64,000 bases of DNA from Cyanophora paradoxa CCMP329 (taxonomy: Eukaryota; Plantae; Glaucophyta), in assembly GCA_004431415.1 (NCBI GenBank), contig QPMI01000010.1, positions 496,001 to 560,000 on the forward strand, read 5' to 3'. Positions 12,986 through 24,224 of this stretch are shown here, one piece after another (positions within the stretch are counted from its first letter, which is position 1; every line of letters begins with the position of its first letter). The notes under the pieces are model-generated. The model saw only the letters and a program-made list of their open reading frames with translations, was not told the DNA's origin and did not search any database. The position numbers were made by a program, and so were the translations under genes.

Positions 12986-14585
12986 TCAGCGGCCTCGGAC
13001 GGAGGTGCGGGCGGGTGCGGGCAGGGCGCCCGCCAGCGCCCTCTCCGCCCCCTCCCGCGCCGCCTTCGGCACCGACGCCGCCGCGTGTACCGACGCGCCC
13101 CTCGAGCCCGCAAGCGCCGCTCCCAGCGCCGCGTAGGGGCGCGCCAGCTTCTCGGCCTCCGCCTCCGCCTCGCCGTACGCGTGCTTCAGGTCGATTCGGA
13201 CGTGGGCGGGGCCCGCCGCCGCCGCCAGCGCTTTTGCGAGGCCGGCCGCCTCCGCTTCCGTAAAGGGCCCTTTGCACTCGTCCAGGTACCACCAGGCTCG
13301 GAGGGCCCCAGCGGGGGCCGTGGCTGCCGCGAGGGCGCCCATGGCAGCGCCGTCCGTCGCGCGCTCGCCCGGCTTGAAGCTGAAGCGCGCGCTCTGACGC
13401 GCGGCGCGGGCTTAGCTCGGGGTACGGGGTCCTGGGGGGTACGTGTACCTTGAGGGCCGACATGCCCGCGACGGCCGCCGCGCCGGCGCGGAGCAGCTTC
13501 TCCCCGCCGTCCTCGGCGCCCCGGAGGTCGAACTGCGGAGGGGTAGTCGAACAGGGCCCGGGGGGGCGGGGGAAGAGGGAAGCGGGGTACCTTGACGCGG
13601 AGCGTGTGGAGGCGCTTCAGGGCCCCAAGCGACGCCAGCGCGTCGCCGCCGGCCTTGTCGACCTGAGAGAAGGGAGGGGGTACACCGCTCAGCGGGAGGG
13701 GTACACGAATCGCATCGAAGGGTCGGTCCCACCGTCATAGCGAGCTCCTGGAGGCCCTCGCAGCGCGAGAGGGCGAGCAGACCCTCGGGGGGTACGGCCG
13801 CGAAGGTCGCGTACTCGTCCTGGGCCATGAGGGACAGGTTCCTGGGACGAGGGTTCGAATCGGGGCAGGGAGATTTCTTCAAAACTAAGAAAAGGGAAGG
13901 GGTACCGGATGGTGGAGCGCGAGGGGCCGGAGAGGAACCGCGCGAGGCCGGCGGCTGGCAGGGGGGGGGTCAGGCGCCACATACGGGGTACGCGGGATTT
14001 CGGATTCAATGGGTGGGGGGGTACCGCCTGTGAGGAAGACGTGAGAGGCGTCGAGCTCGACGAGGGGTAGGGGCGCGAGGGCGGCGAGGGCCTCGCCGTC
14101 CTGGAAGCGCCCCTGCGGCCGCTTAAAGTCAGAAGAGTCACTAAAAGGTGGAGGCACTAGTGGGGTCGGGGGGAAGGCTCTGGTAGGAAAGATAGTAGTG
14201 GTGGGGAGGGAGGGGGGGGAGGGGGGGGGGCGAGGGGGTAGAAGCGCACGGTCAGGCGGCGGAGGGAGGGTACGCCGCTGGCGATGGCCGCCGCGGCGGG
14301 TGCGGCGACCGCGCAGGCCGGGCCGTAGGACGGCTCCACCAGCAGCGCCTCCAGCTGCGGGGCCGGAGTCAGCGGGGCCGGAGGCCTAGGGGGGTACGCG
14401 GGGATCGAAGTCGAACGTGCACGTACCCCGCGGGCGGCCCGGAGGGCGGCGGCGGCGTCCTCGGGGAGGGAGGGTACGCGGATCTCGCGCAGGCCGCAGG
14501 CGGCCAGCCCGGCGGCGGCCTCGGCCGGAAACCCTTCGATCTGGCCGGGATCGACTTCGATTCAATTCGATGGAGGTGTGTGTGT

Positions 14586-14616
<31 letters not shown>

Positions 14617-15908
14617 GGGGAGGTACGGGGTACCTCGCTCGCGTCCCCATCGATGGCGAAGGTCGTGAGGGAGGGGGGGAGGAGCTCGCGCCAGCGGGGA
14701 GCAGGCCAGGAGGGGACGGACCACCCCGAGGCAAGCTCGACGGCGATCTCCTTGAGGGCAGGGCCGGAGGAGCCCGCGAGCGCCGCGAGGAGCGCCTCCA
14801 GCGCCTCCTCGCGCCCCACCGGCCTCTTGACGCGGACGGCCTCCTGCTCCTCGCTCGAGGGCCACGCCGGCCCGCACGCGACCTTTACGCTCGCGGGCGC
14901 GAGGCCCGCCGGCGCCGCCGCGAGCCGGCACAGGAGCTCGCGGCACGCCCGCGGGATCGCGACCGAGGCGCCCTGCACGATCGCGACGGCCTTCTTCGAG
15001 GGACGCCCGTACCCGTCCTCGTCCTCGTCCCCCTCCCCCTTCCCCTCCCCCCCCGCCTCCTCTTCGCCCTCGTCGCCGCTCTCCGGCGCCCCTTCGCCGT
15101 CCGAGTCGTAACTCTGCCCGGATCAAATTCAGATCGGTAGACGCAGACTAAGCTATAGGATCCGGAGGGGGCGACCGACCTCGACGAACTCGGTACCCTC
15201 CCTGTAGCCCAGGGGCACGACGACCGACTGGGCGCCCACGAGGACCCCCTTCTCGGCCAGCGAGCGGAGCAGGCGCGCCAGACCGGAGCCCGCCAGCGCC
15301 TTGCGCGGGAGGTCGTCGAAGGCCGGGCGAAGGTCCAGCTCGGGCCAGCGCACGCCGCCGAGCGCCGCGCGGAAGCGCCTGTCGACGGCCCAGAGCCGCG
15401 TGTTGTTTCGGACGAAGACCGCCTCGGCGCCTGCGTTGCGCGGCGCCGCGGTCAGCGAACGCGGATGCGCACTGCGGCGCGTGCACGTGCGGGGATGCCG
15501 CCGTCGGTCATCTACATCCCGGCGGCGGCCGCGGACGTCGACGTCGACGGGGCCGCCCCGGGGGAGCGACCCGGTCGCTCGCCAGGCGGCGCGCACCGAC
15601 GCGCTCGAAGATGCGATGCAGCAGGTGATCCGGGAGACGCGCGAAATGGTTCGTCGGCTCGCCGGGAGGCATGTGAGCGCTCGCTCCCTGCGAGCCGCGG
15701 CCGCCGGGCGCGGCGAGCCTCAGTTCCGACGAGCATCGGCGTTCCCGGTGCGAGTTTGCGCAGGTTTACGAACCGAGGTGCGCGCTCGCTTCGTCGCCGG
15801 GCTCGCCGCGGCCGCGGGCTCCGCCTCGGCTGCGGCGCCCGCGCAGGCCTCCTCCTCCTCGTTCTCGCGCTTCGAGGACATCTTGAGCTTGCTGAGCAGG
15901 GATCCCAT
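12986..15908 (-). CDS. F-box protein with LRR-like C-terminal region (multi-exon)
   Basis: F-box-like FARLPDHLLHRIFERV (~15590-15650) followed by LWAVDRRFRAAL; Leu-rich repeats such as PSLRRLTV, LALSRCEGLQEL and PALKEIAVEL in later exons. Confidence 0.6.
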
Positions 15909-16421
15909 CCGACGCCGAGCACGCGTGCTCGGCCGCCGTTACTTTTCCGGTACCGGGGGCTTGTGGGGTAAGCGGACAAGCCTCCGCAATAGGGCAGCTG
16001 CTTGCAAGCTAGGCTGCAGGCTGCAGGCTGCAGCGGCTCGTCGGCTGCACGTGCAGCGCTAGCCTAGATGCAGCGCTAGCCTAGATGCAGCCTGCACGCG
16101 CATGATCATGAAGCCTCGCAGCCTGCAGCTGAGGCCCTCAGCTGCAGGCATGTGCAGCGCGCGGCTCGGGCACCGCGCTAGCGCTCCTCGGCCCCCGCGA
16201 CCGCGGCCGCAGCCCGCGCGCAGCTGCAGCCTGCGGCCCCCTCGCGCCCCCGCCCCAACTAGTACCCAGAGACGGCAGCAAATGCCCAACTAAGCAGCCG
16301 AAGCTGGCGGTGCACACGCGGCAGCACTGACGCCGGTGCCGGCAGCAGCTCAAGTTCTCATATCCGCAGCCGGACCACATCTCGCCCCAAGCGCGGTGGC
16401 GACTTCGGAAGAGCGTACCCC

Positions 16422-17273
16422 CTACTCCTTCTTGCGGAAGCTCTTGGGCTTGGTGGCCTTCTTGAACTGTACCCCCTCCCCCGTCAAGTCCTCTCCCTTC
16501 CACTCCTCCTCGGGGCCAGTGAAGGCCGCGGGTACCGCCCCGAACTTGCCCATCACGACCCTGCTCGGACGGGTACGCGCTCGATCGAAAGCTGCTCTGG
16601 CCTGAGAAGAGAGAGAGAGAGCGCGCGCGTACCCCCTGGGGCCCGTCGGCATCGCCTTCTTCACCTGCCATATGCTCTTCGGCTTCATGTCGTCCTCGTC
16701 CCCCCCTGCGGGGGTACGTGAGCGGCGCGGCCGCGTCACGGGGAGGGCGGCCACTGGGCCGCTTCTTCGTTCGCACCCGCGTTGCCGGCGGACGAGGAGG
16801 CCCCGCGGGCACCCGAGGACGCGCCGGAGGCGCCCTTGCCGGCCTGTACCCCCGAAAATCAGATCGAATCGACTCAGATCAGATCGAATCAGATCTGATC
16901 TGATCCGAGGAGACGCACCCGCTCCATGGCCAGCTCGTAGGCCGACTTGCCCCCGCCCGCCTTCTTCTCCCCCCCTTGGCCCGCCTCGCCCCCGCCCTCC
17001 TCCCCCTCCTCGTTCGCCGCTTGCTCCTGGTACCCCCAGAGGCTCTCCTCGGGCCGGACGGGCTGCGGGGCGCCGTAGGGATGCGCCGCCGCCTGCCGCG
17101 CGACCTGTCGGATCGGCTAAGATCAGATCGGATCGGATCAGATCAGATATGATCTTATCGGACCTCCATGCGCGTCTTGAGGTCCGCTGCCTCCTGCTTC
17201 CTCTGCGGCGAAGAGGGTCGAAAGGGGCGGGAGGGACGAAGCAGGCCGGGCTCAGAGGAGGAGGAAACAAGCA
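16422..17273 (-). CDS. small charged (Lys/Glu/Arg-rich) multi-exon protein of unknown function
   Basis: Exon-like EDDMKPKSIWQVKKAMPTGPRG and VVMGKFGAVPAAFTGPEEEWKGEDLTGEGVQFKKATKPKSFRKKE*; introns contain AGATC microsatellites; start uncertain. Confidence 0.4.
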   Translation of the reverse strand, partial: CLFPPPLSPACFVPPAPFDPLRRRGSRRQRTSRRAWRSDKIISDLIRSDLILADPTGRAAGGGASLRRPAARPARGEPLGVPGASGERGGGGGRGRGGPRGGEEGGRGQVGLRAGHGAGASPRIRSDLIRSDLSRFDLIFGGTGRQGRLRRVLGCPRGLLVRRQRGCERRSGPVAALPVTRPRRSRTPAGGDEDDMKPKSIWQVKKAMPTGPRGYARALSLSSQARAAFDRARTRPSRVVMGKFGAVPAAFTGPEEEWKGEDLTGEGVQFKKATKPKSFRKKE

Positions 17274-17687
17274 TGGGCGGGAGCTAGAGAGAGAGAACAG
17301 CTGAGCTGGAAGCAAACGGCGGGGCTCTGGAGGACGGAACAAGCACTCACGGGAGCTTGCTAGTCGAAGAGGAAAGAGGGCGGAGTGAACTAATCGATGA
17401 AACTAGCATGGGCGGGAGCTAGAGAGAGTGAACGGCTGCGGGGCCCGAGAAGAAAAGAGCGCGGGGGGAGGCTGGGCGGACGGGGCCTCGTGTAAAGATG
17501 ACTGAACGGGGCATGAAAGTACTTCAGAGTTTAAAGCTCGAGAAAAGCTTGAATTCTAGATTAAGGCGCCCAGCTAGCTGGCATCTATTCTTGATCTAGA
17601 ATTCAAGCATTTCTATTCTATTCTAGAGTAAGCTTGAATTGTAGAATAAGGCGTCTAGAACAATTATTGAATTAAGAGACGGGAGAT

Positions 17688-19555
17688 CTATGTAGACAGC
17701 AGCCAGCTCGGGAGCGGCGGCACCTTCTTCTTGAGCTCCTCCCAAGCCTTCTCCTCCTCGATGCGCTTCAGCTCCCGCTCCGTCAGAGCGAAGGGGTCCG
17801 GCTGCGGGGGCCGCGGGGAGCAGCTCAGAAGCCGCGGACGCGGGCGGAGGACGGGAAGCGGCGCCGCGGGGATTCGACCCGCGGACCTCGGGCTGCTTCT
17901 CCTCGTCGCTGTCGCTGTCGCTGCCGCTGCCGCTGTCCCCGCCCTTCTCCTTCTTCTTTCCCCCGTCCTCCTCCTCCTCCTCCTCCTCCTCCTCCTGCAC
18001 GCCGCACGTTCGAATCCGGAAGGATCGATTTCTGGCCGAGCGCGGCGCACCCGGCCCCGGCCCTTGCCCTTGGCCTCCCCGCGCGCCTCCTGCTCCGAGT
18101 CCGACGAGGCCGCAGCCGCCGCGGCCGCCCGCCTGCGCCCCGTCGGTCGGTCGGCCGGGCTCCCCGCCGGGTGCACGTGCCCCCGCAAAGAGGCAGGAGC
18201 AGACCTCGCCGGCCCCTCCTCCGCCCCCTCGTCGCCCTTGGGCGGCTCCCGCCGCGCCGCCTTCGCCGCCGCCGCCGCCGAGGAAGACGCGGACGGCGCC
18301 GCCGCGCCGCTGTCCTCCTCGTCCGCCTTCCGCTTCTTCCCCGCGGCCGCGCCCTCGTCCTTCTTCTCCTCCTCCTCCTCCTCCTCCTCTTCCTCCTCCT
18401 CGTCCTCGTCCTCGGCCTGCTTCTCCGCCGGGGCGGCGGGGGGCGCGCCGGGGGCGCCGGGCGGGGCGTAGCCGGGGTAGTACTGGGCGTAGTACGCGTA
18501 GTACTGCGCGTAGTACGCAGCTGTGGCGCGGGGGGCGGTCAGGCGCGGGGTAGAGGGCGCGGGCCCGGGGCGGCCCGCACCCGTTGCTGCCTCGTAGCCC
18601 GGGGGCGCGCCGGGAGGGGGCGGGGGAACCGCGCCGGCCTGCGGGCGGGAGAGCGGGCCGAGTCAGGCGCCAGCGGACTTCCGCTCCGAGGGTCCCTCAC
18701 CGTGGGAGGCGGGCCCGGAGGCGGGGGCGGCACAGCGCCGGTCTGAAGAGCGCATGGTGGGGTGAGCAGGAGCGAGGACGGTTACGGAATGACGGGCGCA
18801 CCGCTCCGGGCCAGGCGCCGTACCCGGGTGGGGCGCCCGGCGGGGGGCCGGGGGGCGGGGGAGGCGGCCGCTCCGGCGCTGCGCCGGCCGTAGTCAGCGC
18901 CGAACGAGCGCAGAGCCCGGGCGCAGAGCGCACGAGGGGGCGCGTTCGCATCCCGCTGCGGAATCCGATCGCTCGAAGGGCCAGCGCCGGCGCCGCCCGC
19001 CGGCCCGCCGGCCGAGTGCCCGCCGCCCGGCGGGCGCGGCGGGGCGGGCGCCGCATCGCTGCCGCGGCGGCGGCGGCCGCCGCTGCGCGCGCGGCGTCGG
19101 GCGCCCCGGTTTCCACGCCCTCCTTTAGGTCCTTGGAGTAGGCCCAGAGCGCCTCCTGCGCCCATGCGTGAGCGGCGTGAGCGGCGGGGCGTGGGAAGGA
19201 GCCGGCGGGCCGCGCGCGGGCGGACCTTCTCGATGCGCTGGAGCTCGCGCTCGGCATCCCGCTGCTCGCGCTTCTCCTCGAAGTTCTTGGTCCTCGCCTC
19301 CCGCACGCGTTGCGACACGGCCTTCTTGTGCCGGACGCTGTTCTCATGGTGCGCTCGGCTCTGCGCCGGGGCCATCGGCGGGCGTCGCGGGGCTCCAGGG
19401 CGCGCCCGACGCACGGCTTTGTTGTCGGTGATGTAGGTCTTGCAGTACTCGCAGTACCACCTGCGCATCGACCGCCGCCGCTCGGCGGGACGAGCGCGAC
19501 AGCGGCGAATCGCTTCGTCAGCGCACCGAGGGATGGAGGTCCAGTAGCTGGACAT
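17688..19555 (-). CDS. U1/matrin-type C2H2 zinc-finger splicing protein, WBP4/FBP21/ZOP1-like
   Basis: Spliced N-terminus MSSYWTSIPR..WYCEYCKTYITDNKASRAHHENSVRHKKAV...ELQRIEK..ALWAYSKDLK matches the WBP4 N-terminal pattern; Tyr-rich YYAQYY segment; ends WEELKKKVPPLPSWLLST*. Confidence 0.8.
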
Positions 19556-19714
19556 CCTCGCGGCGGCCGCTGCTCGCCCGGTCTGTGATGCGCCGCTCGC
19601 TCCCGGTGCCTTACTCCTCTCCCACTCGGCCTAGCTCGCACGAAAGGCTCGCTAGGCTCGCTCAGATGGGGCTGGTCGCGAGTCGAGCTGTACCCGGCTC
19701 AGTTCGTTGCAAAA

Positions 19715-21307
19715 ATGGCCTTCGTCGCTCCGATCGCCGCTGTCAGCCGTGTGGCCCCCGCGGAGATCTCCTCCGCATCGGTCCGGTCGCAGGCTCCGGC
19801 CTCGACCCCTGCCCGGTGCGGTCGCGACCCTTTGCACACAAGAATCTTGCAATTCCTCCCGCCCTCCCTGGCTCGCTGGGGCGCTGATCGCCGCCCGCGA
19901 TCGCTTGTAGGTCGAAGTTCGTCGGCTCGGCGCAGATCAGCAGCGGCCGCTTCTTCGCCGGCCAGGTCGCGACCCGGAAGTTCGTCGCGTTGGCGGCGCC
20001 CGCGCCGTTCAGCGTTAGCTGCCAGGGTCCGTGATTCTGCTTGCTCGAGCGATCGTGATTCCGATCCAAAATGCCTTGGCGCAGCGGCCGACGTTGCCTC
20101 GGAGTGGGAGCAGAAGAACCAGGAGTGGCAGGGCAGCTCCCCGCGCGAGGCACGTGCAGCGAGATTGAGGCATCACGGATCTTCTCCTGACGGGCGTCTC
20201 CCGCTGCAGATCATCGAGGAGGCGCTCAAGAAGTGGGGCGGCGATGTGGCCATCAGCTTCAGCGGTGCTGAGGACGTCGTCCTGATCGAGTACGCTCTGT
20301 AAGCACTTCTCCTGGCTCTGCCCGGCCGCCCGCGCCCCGCGCTGCCCGACCGTCCCGCCGACCCTTTCGCGCCCCGCAGCCAGACCAAGCTGCCGTTCCG
20401 CGTCTTCTCCCTCGACACGGGCCGCCTGCACCCGGAGACCTACCGCTTCTTCGAGAAGGTCCGCGCCCGCGCCGGATCCCAAGCGGCGACCGCGTGCGCC
20501 CCACCTCGGGTTCGAATTCGATCCCAGGTCGAGAAGCACTACGGGATCAAGATCGAGTACTGCTTCCCCGAGAAGGAGGCGGTGGAGAAGCTCGTGCGCG
20601 AGAAGGGCATGTTCTCGTTCTACGTCGACGGCCACAACGAGTGCTGCGGCATCCGCAAGGCGCGCCCGCCCCGCAGCGATCTCGACGTGCGAGCGAGCGA
20701 GCGAGCGAGCGCCCGCACCCGCAGGTCCAGCCGCTGCGCCAGCACCTGGGTACCCTGAAGGCGTGGATCACGGGCCAGCGCAAGGACCAGAGCCCCGGGA
20801 CCCGCAACAGCATCCCCGTCGTCCAGCTCGACCCGGCCTTCAAGGGCGTCGGCGGCGGCGACCTCATCAAGTACAACCCGCTCGCCAACGTCAGCTCCGA
20901 GGACGTCTGGCTCAGCATCCGCACCCTCGAGGTGCGCGCCGCGCGGCCGCGCACCCCCCTCCGGCTCCGCCCCCGGGGCCGACCCCTCGCCCCGCAGGTC
21001 CCGTACAACGAGCTCCACGAGAAGGGCATCGTCTCGATCGGCTGCGAGCCGTGCACCAAGGTCCGCGCGGCGCGGCGCCCGTCGACTGCGCCGGCGGGCA
21101 TTCCTGTTCTGACGCCCCGCGCCCCGCGCCCCTTGCAGGCCACCCTCCCCTCGCAGCACGAGCGCGAGGGCCGCTGGTGGTGGGAGGACGCGACCCAGAA
21201 GGAGTGCGGTGCGCGGCCGCCGACGCCCCCGCCCTCGCGCTCTTCGTGTGCCCGGACCGACGGCCGCGGGCCGCGCAGGCCTGCACAAGGGCAACATCGC
21301 CAAGTGA
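19715..21307 (+). CDS. APR: adenosine 5'-phosphosulfate reductase, [4Fe-4S] type, plastid-targeted
   Basis: [69 protein letters not shown]; N-terminal Ala/Ser-rich transit peptide starting MAF; about 10 introns. Confidence 0.95.
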
Positions 21308-21418
21308 GCAGTTCCAGGCGGTTTCTTAGCAGGATCTTCTTTCAAAGCTTAAGTGCGAGTCATGTAGTAAAATCAAAAAGCGATCGACAGCCGCGACGCG
21401 AGCTAGCCGGCCATCTGC

Positions 21419-23967
21419 CTACATCTGGGCGCCGGGCGGCTCTCCGAACGCTAGCTCGTCCGGCTGCGGAGCAGACCCCTCCGCGTCCGTGCGCGAATTA
21501 ATGGGGAGAGGCCGCGAGGTTATCTTCCCGAGGGCCTTCCGCGCCTCGTTGCGCGCGGCGTGCATCCGGAGGAGGAGGTCGAGGCGCCGGTCGAAGAGGG
21601 CCGGGTCGCCACTTGGAGGGCCGGCGGGCGGATCCGGAGATGCCTCCTTGGGGCGCGGGGGTGGGCTTCGGGCGCCGGGCGCCCGTAGGGGCTGCAGCTG
21701 TGGGGCGCTGGGGGCGGGGGCTGGGGACGGGGCGGTCGCTGGCTGGTCCAGGAACCGGCGGAGGTCGTCGGGGCGGGTTCCTTTGGGGAAGTGCGCGGAC
21801 AGGAGCCACATGGGAAGGAGCCCGGCCTGCGCAGAGGGCGGAGGGGGATCAGGTCAGTTGCTGCTCGAAGAAGCCTGCTAGAAGTCACGCTAGATTCGCG
21901 GTCTAGGCGGCGCCCCGGGCTCCAACCGCGCCGGACCGTCTGGGACCGGGACCCTCGCCGGGGTCTGCTCGGAGTGGAGGCGGAGTACCCGGAGCCGGGA
22001 AAGCGCCACCGGGCGGGGCAATGGTTCGCAATTTTCCATCAGCGCTTGTGGTCTAGGGGTAGAATACTTCGTTGCCATCGAAGAGACCCGGGTTCGAGTC
22101 CCGGCAGGCGCACTTTTGTCGCTTCGACCCCCGGCGGGGGAATTTCGCGAAACGCGTTCAGTTATGCGTTCTCGCGCGCGGAAACGCCCCTTTATGCTTC
22201 TAATGAGCGTCCTTAAGCTTAAGCGCTCGCTGCGTCCCGGCCAGAGGCAAGGTCGCGCGCACATCGAACATGTCGAGGACCTCCCTCGCCTGGACGGGCG
22301 GCGCCGCGCCGTTCTTGATGCACTCGGCCAGCCGGTACAGGATCGCGGTCTCCAGCGGGTAGCCCGTCTCCTCGTCCGGCTTTCGCCGCCGCGTCTCGGC
22401 GCCCAGCGTGTAGAGGCCCGTCCCGCCCCGCACGGAGGCCCGTTGCTGCAGGGAGATCAGCAGCAGCTTGCGATTGCGGGCGCGGCGCGGGGAGCAGCGT
22501 CTCACCGAGGAGCTCTTGGAGTGGACGTGAGCTATAGAGTGCGAGGCGCGCATCTCGTTACGGGGGCGGCCGCGCGGCCTGGGCAGGATGGGCACGTCCG
22601 AGGAAATCTGGCGCATGGAGGATCAGCCTAAGGGAAGGGAAAAGCGGAGCACGGGCGAGGACAGGGAACGCTGGTGCGTACGGCGGGAATGGGGCGGAAC
22701 TGGGGCCCGTCGGCGCGGCTGCGGGCGATGGCCCGGGGGCTCCTCACGCCGTCGAGGGGCGCCGGGAGGGCGGGGTCGGGGTCGGGCTGGATGGGCTTGG
22801 GGTGGTACGTGTTGGCGGGCGGGCCGAGCTGGGGCACGAAGGGGTCGCCCCCGTCCGGCCCGAAGAGCGGAGTGTACGCGCGGGTCGCGGCGGCGGCCGC
22901 GGCCGCCGACCCGGCGGCCTCTCCGCCCCCGAAGACCTTCCCGTAGAGATCCGCGAGCAGCGTGCAGTACCTAAGCGGGGAGGGGGCGAGCCTGAGCGGG
23001 GCCCGGGGCGGGAGGCGCGCTTCAGACGCCGGCGCCGGGCGCACGAGTGAGAGTCGGCCGAGCGGGCCCAGGAGCCGGCGACCTGTTCGCGCGCGGCTTA
23101 GCGAGCGAGCGCTCCGGGCTAGGCCCGGGGTACGGAAGGGGGCCGGCGCGCACGTCAAAGAGAAAGTCGACGAAGGGGGCGCAGGGGAGGCCGGCCCCGC
23201 CCCGGGCCTCCTGCTCCCAGTCGTGCCTCGCGCCCGCCGCCGCGTCCTCGGGCGTGACGTCGGGCCGCAGCTCCGCTGTCATCTGAGGGCGCGGCGCCTC
23301 GCCGAGTCAGACAAGGCGTCTGGTGCCGCGGCTGCCCGGGACGGGCGCGCCTTCGAATGCATCGAAGCGAAAGCATCGAAGGCGATTTTCGCGCCGGACA
23401 CGTCCTTGGGAAGCGCGCGCCACCACTGCGGGGCAGGATCGCGGGCGCGGGGCGGGCGCGGGGCGGCGCGGGGCGCCGCCACACACCATGTCGACGATTG
23501 CGTGGATGGCGGGATCCGCGAAGAGCTTCCGGTGCGCCGCGCGCCGCCGCTCCACCGCGTGGGCCTCGCCGAGGAACAGGCGGTCCGCCTCAACCAGCAC
23601 CATGCTCCGCACGGCGGCCGCCACCGCTGCGGAAAGCGTCAAGGGCGGGCAGGCGCGCGCGGGGGGCGCTCGGCTGCCGCGCACTTGTGATATCACAGGT
23701 GATGAAAGCGCGCAGGCGGCGCTTGGCCTCCTCGGGCGTGAAGGCGCTCCGCCCGCCGGCATCGGCGAGGAAAGGACGAATGGCCCGTACGAGGTCGTCC
23801 GGGCGCTGCCGCTGCATGAAATCGAGCACAGCTGCGCGCATCTCCTGCCTCTTTGCGATATCGGGCTCCAGGTAGTCGAAGTTGACCCATGCGGCCAGAA
23901 AAGCACCCAGCCGCGAGTAAGGGCTGTTGCGCAAGGAGAACCGTGCCGCTTCCACACTCTGCGGCAT
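21419..23967 (-). CDS. uncharacterised multi-exon protein with a degenerate EF-hand-like region
   Basis: Consecutive exons [10 protein letters not shown]..., [63 protein letters not shown]; 3' linkage across the tRNA-Gly is inferred. Confidence 0.55.
22042..22112 (+). tRNA. tRNA-Gly(GCC)
   Basis: GCGCTTGTGGTCTAGGGGTAGAATACTTCGTTGCCATCGAAGAGACCCGGGTTCGAGTCCCGGCAGGCGCA; anticodon arm CTTCG-TTGCCAT-CGAAG; TTTT terminator at 22114. Confidence 0.95.
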
Positions 23968-24224
23968 CTTACCCTTAGCTACAGCTCCTTCGGCCAGAGC
24001 CTTAGCTACAGCTCCTGCGGCCTGCCCAGACTAGCTAAAGTTCCTGAGACCCGGGCCGGCTGCCGCGGCTGGGGATGCGCTTCTGCTGACGGCCTGTTAT
24101 GAGCTTTGGGCGCTTTGCCTTGGGGTTTCAGACTCGCTGTGAGCTTTGGGCAGCAAGCGTCGTACCCGGGTCGCAGTCGCAGCCGTACCCAGGAGGCCGA
24201 CCCGCGGGTGGTGCCGCGGGCACG

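Noticed and set aside
13845-13870. GGGTTCGAATC B-box suggesting a tRNA
   Set aside because: No cloverleaf or A-box; lies in an intron of the F-box gene
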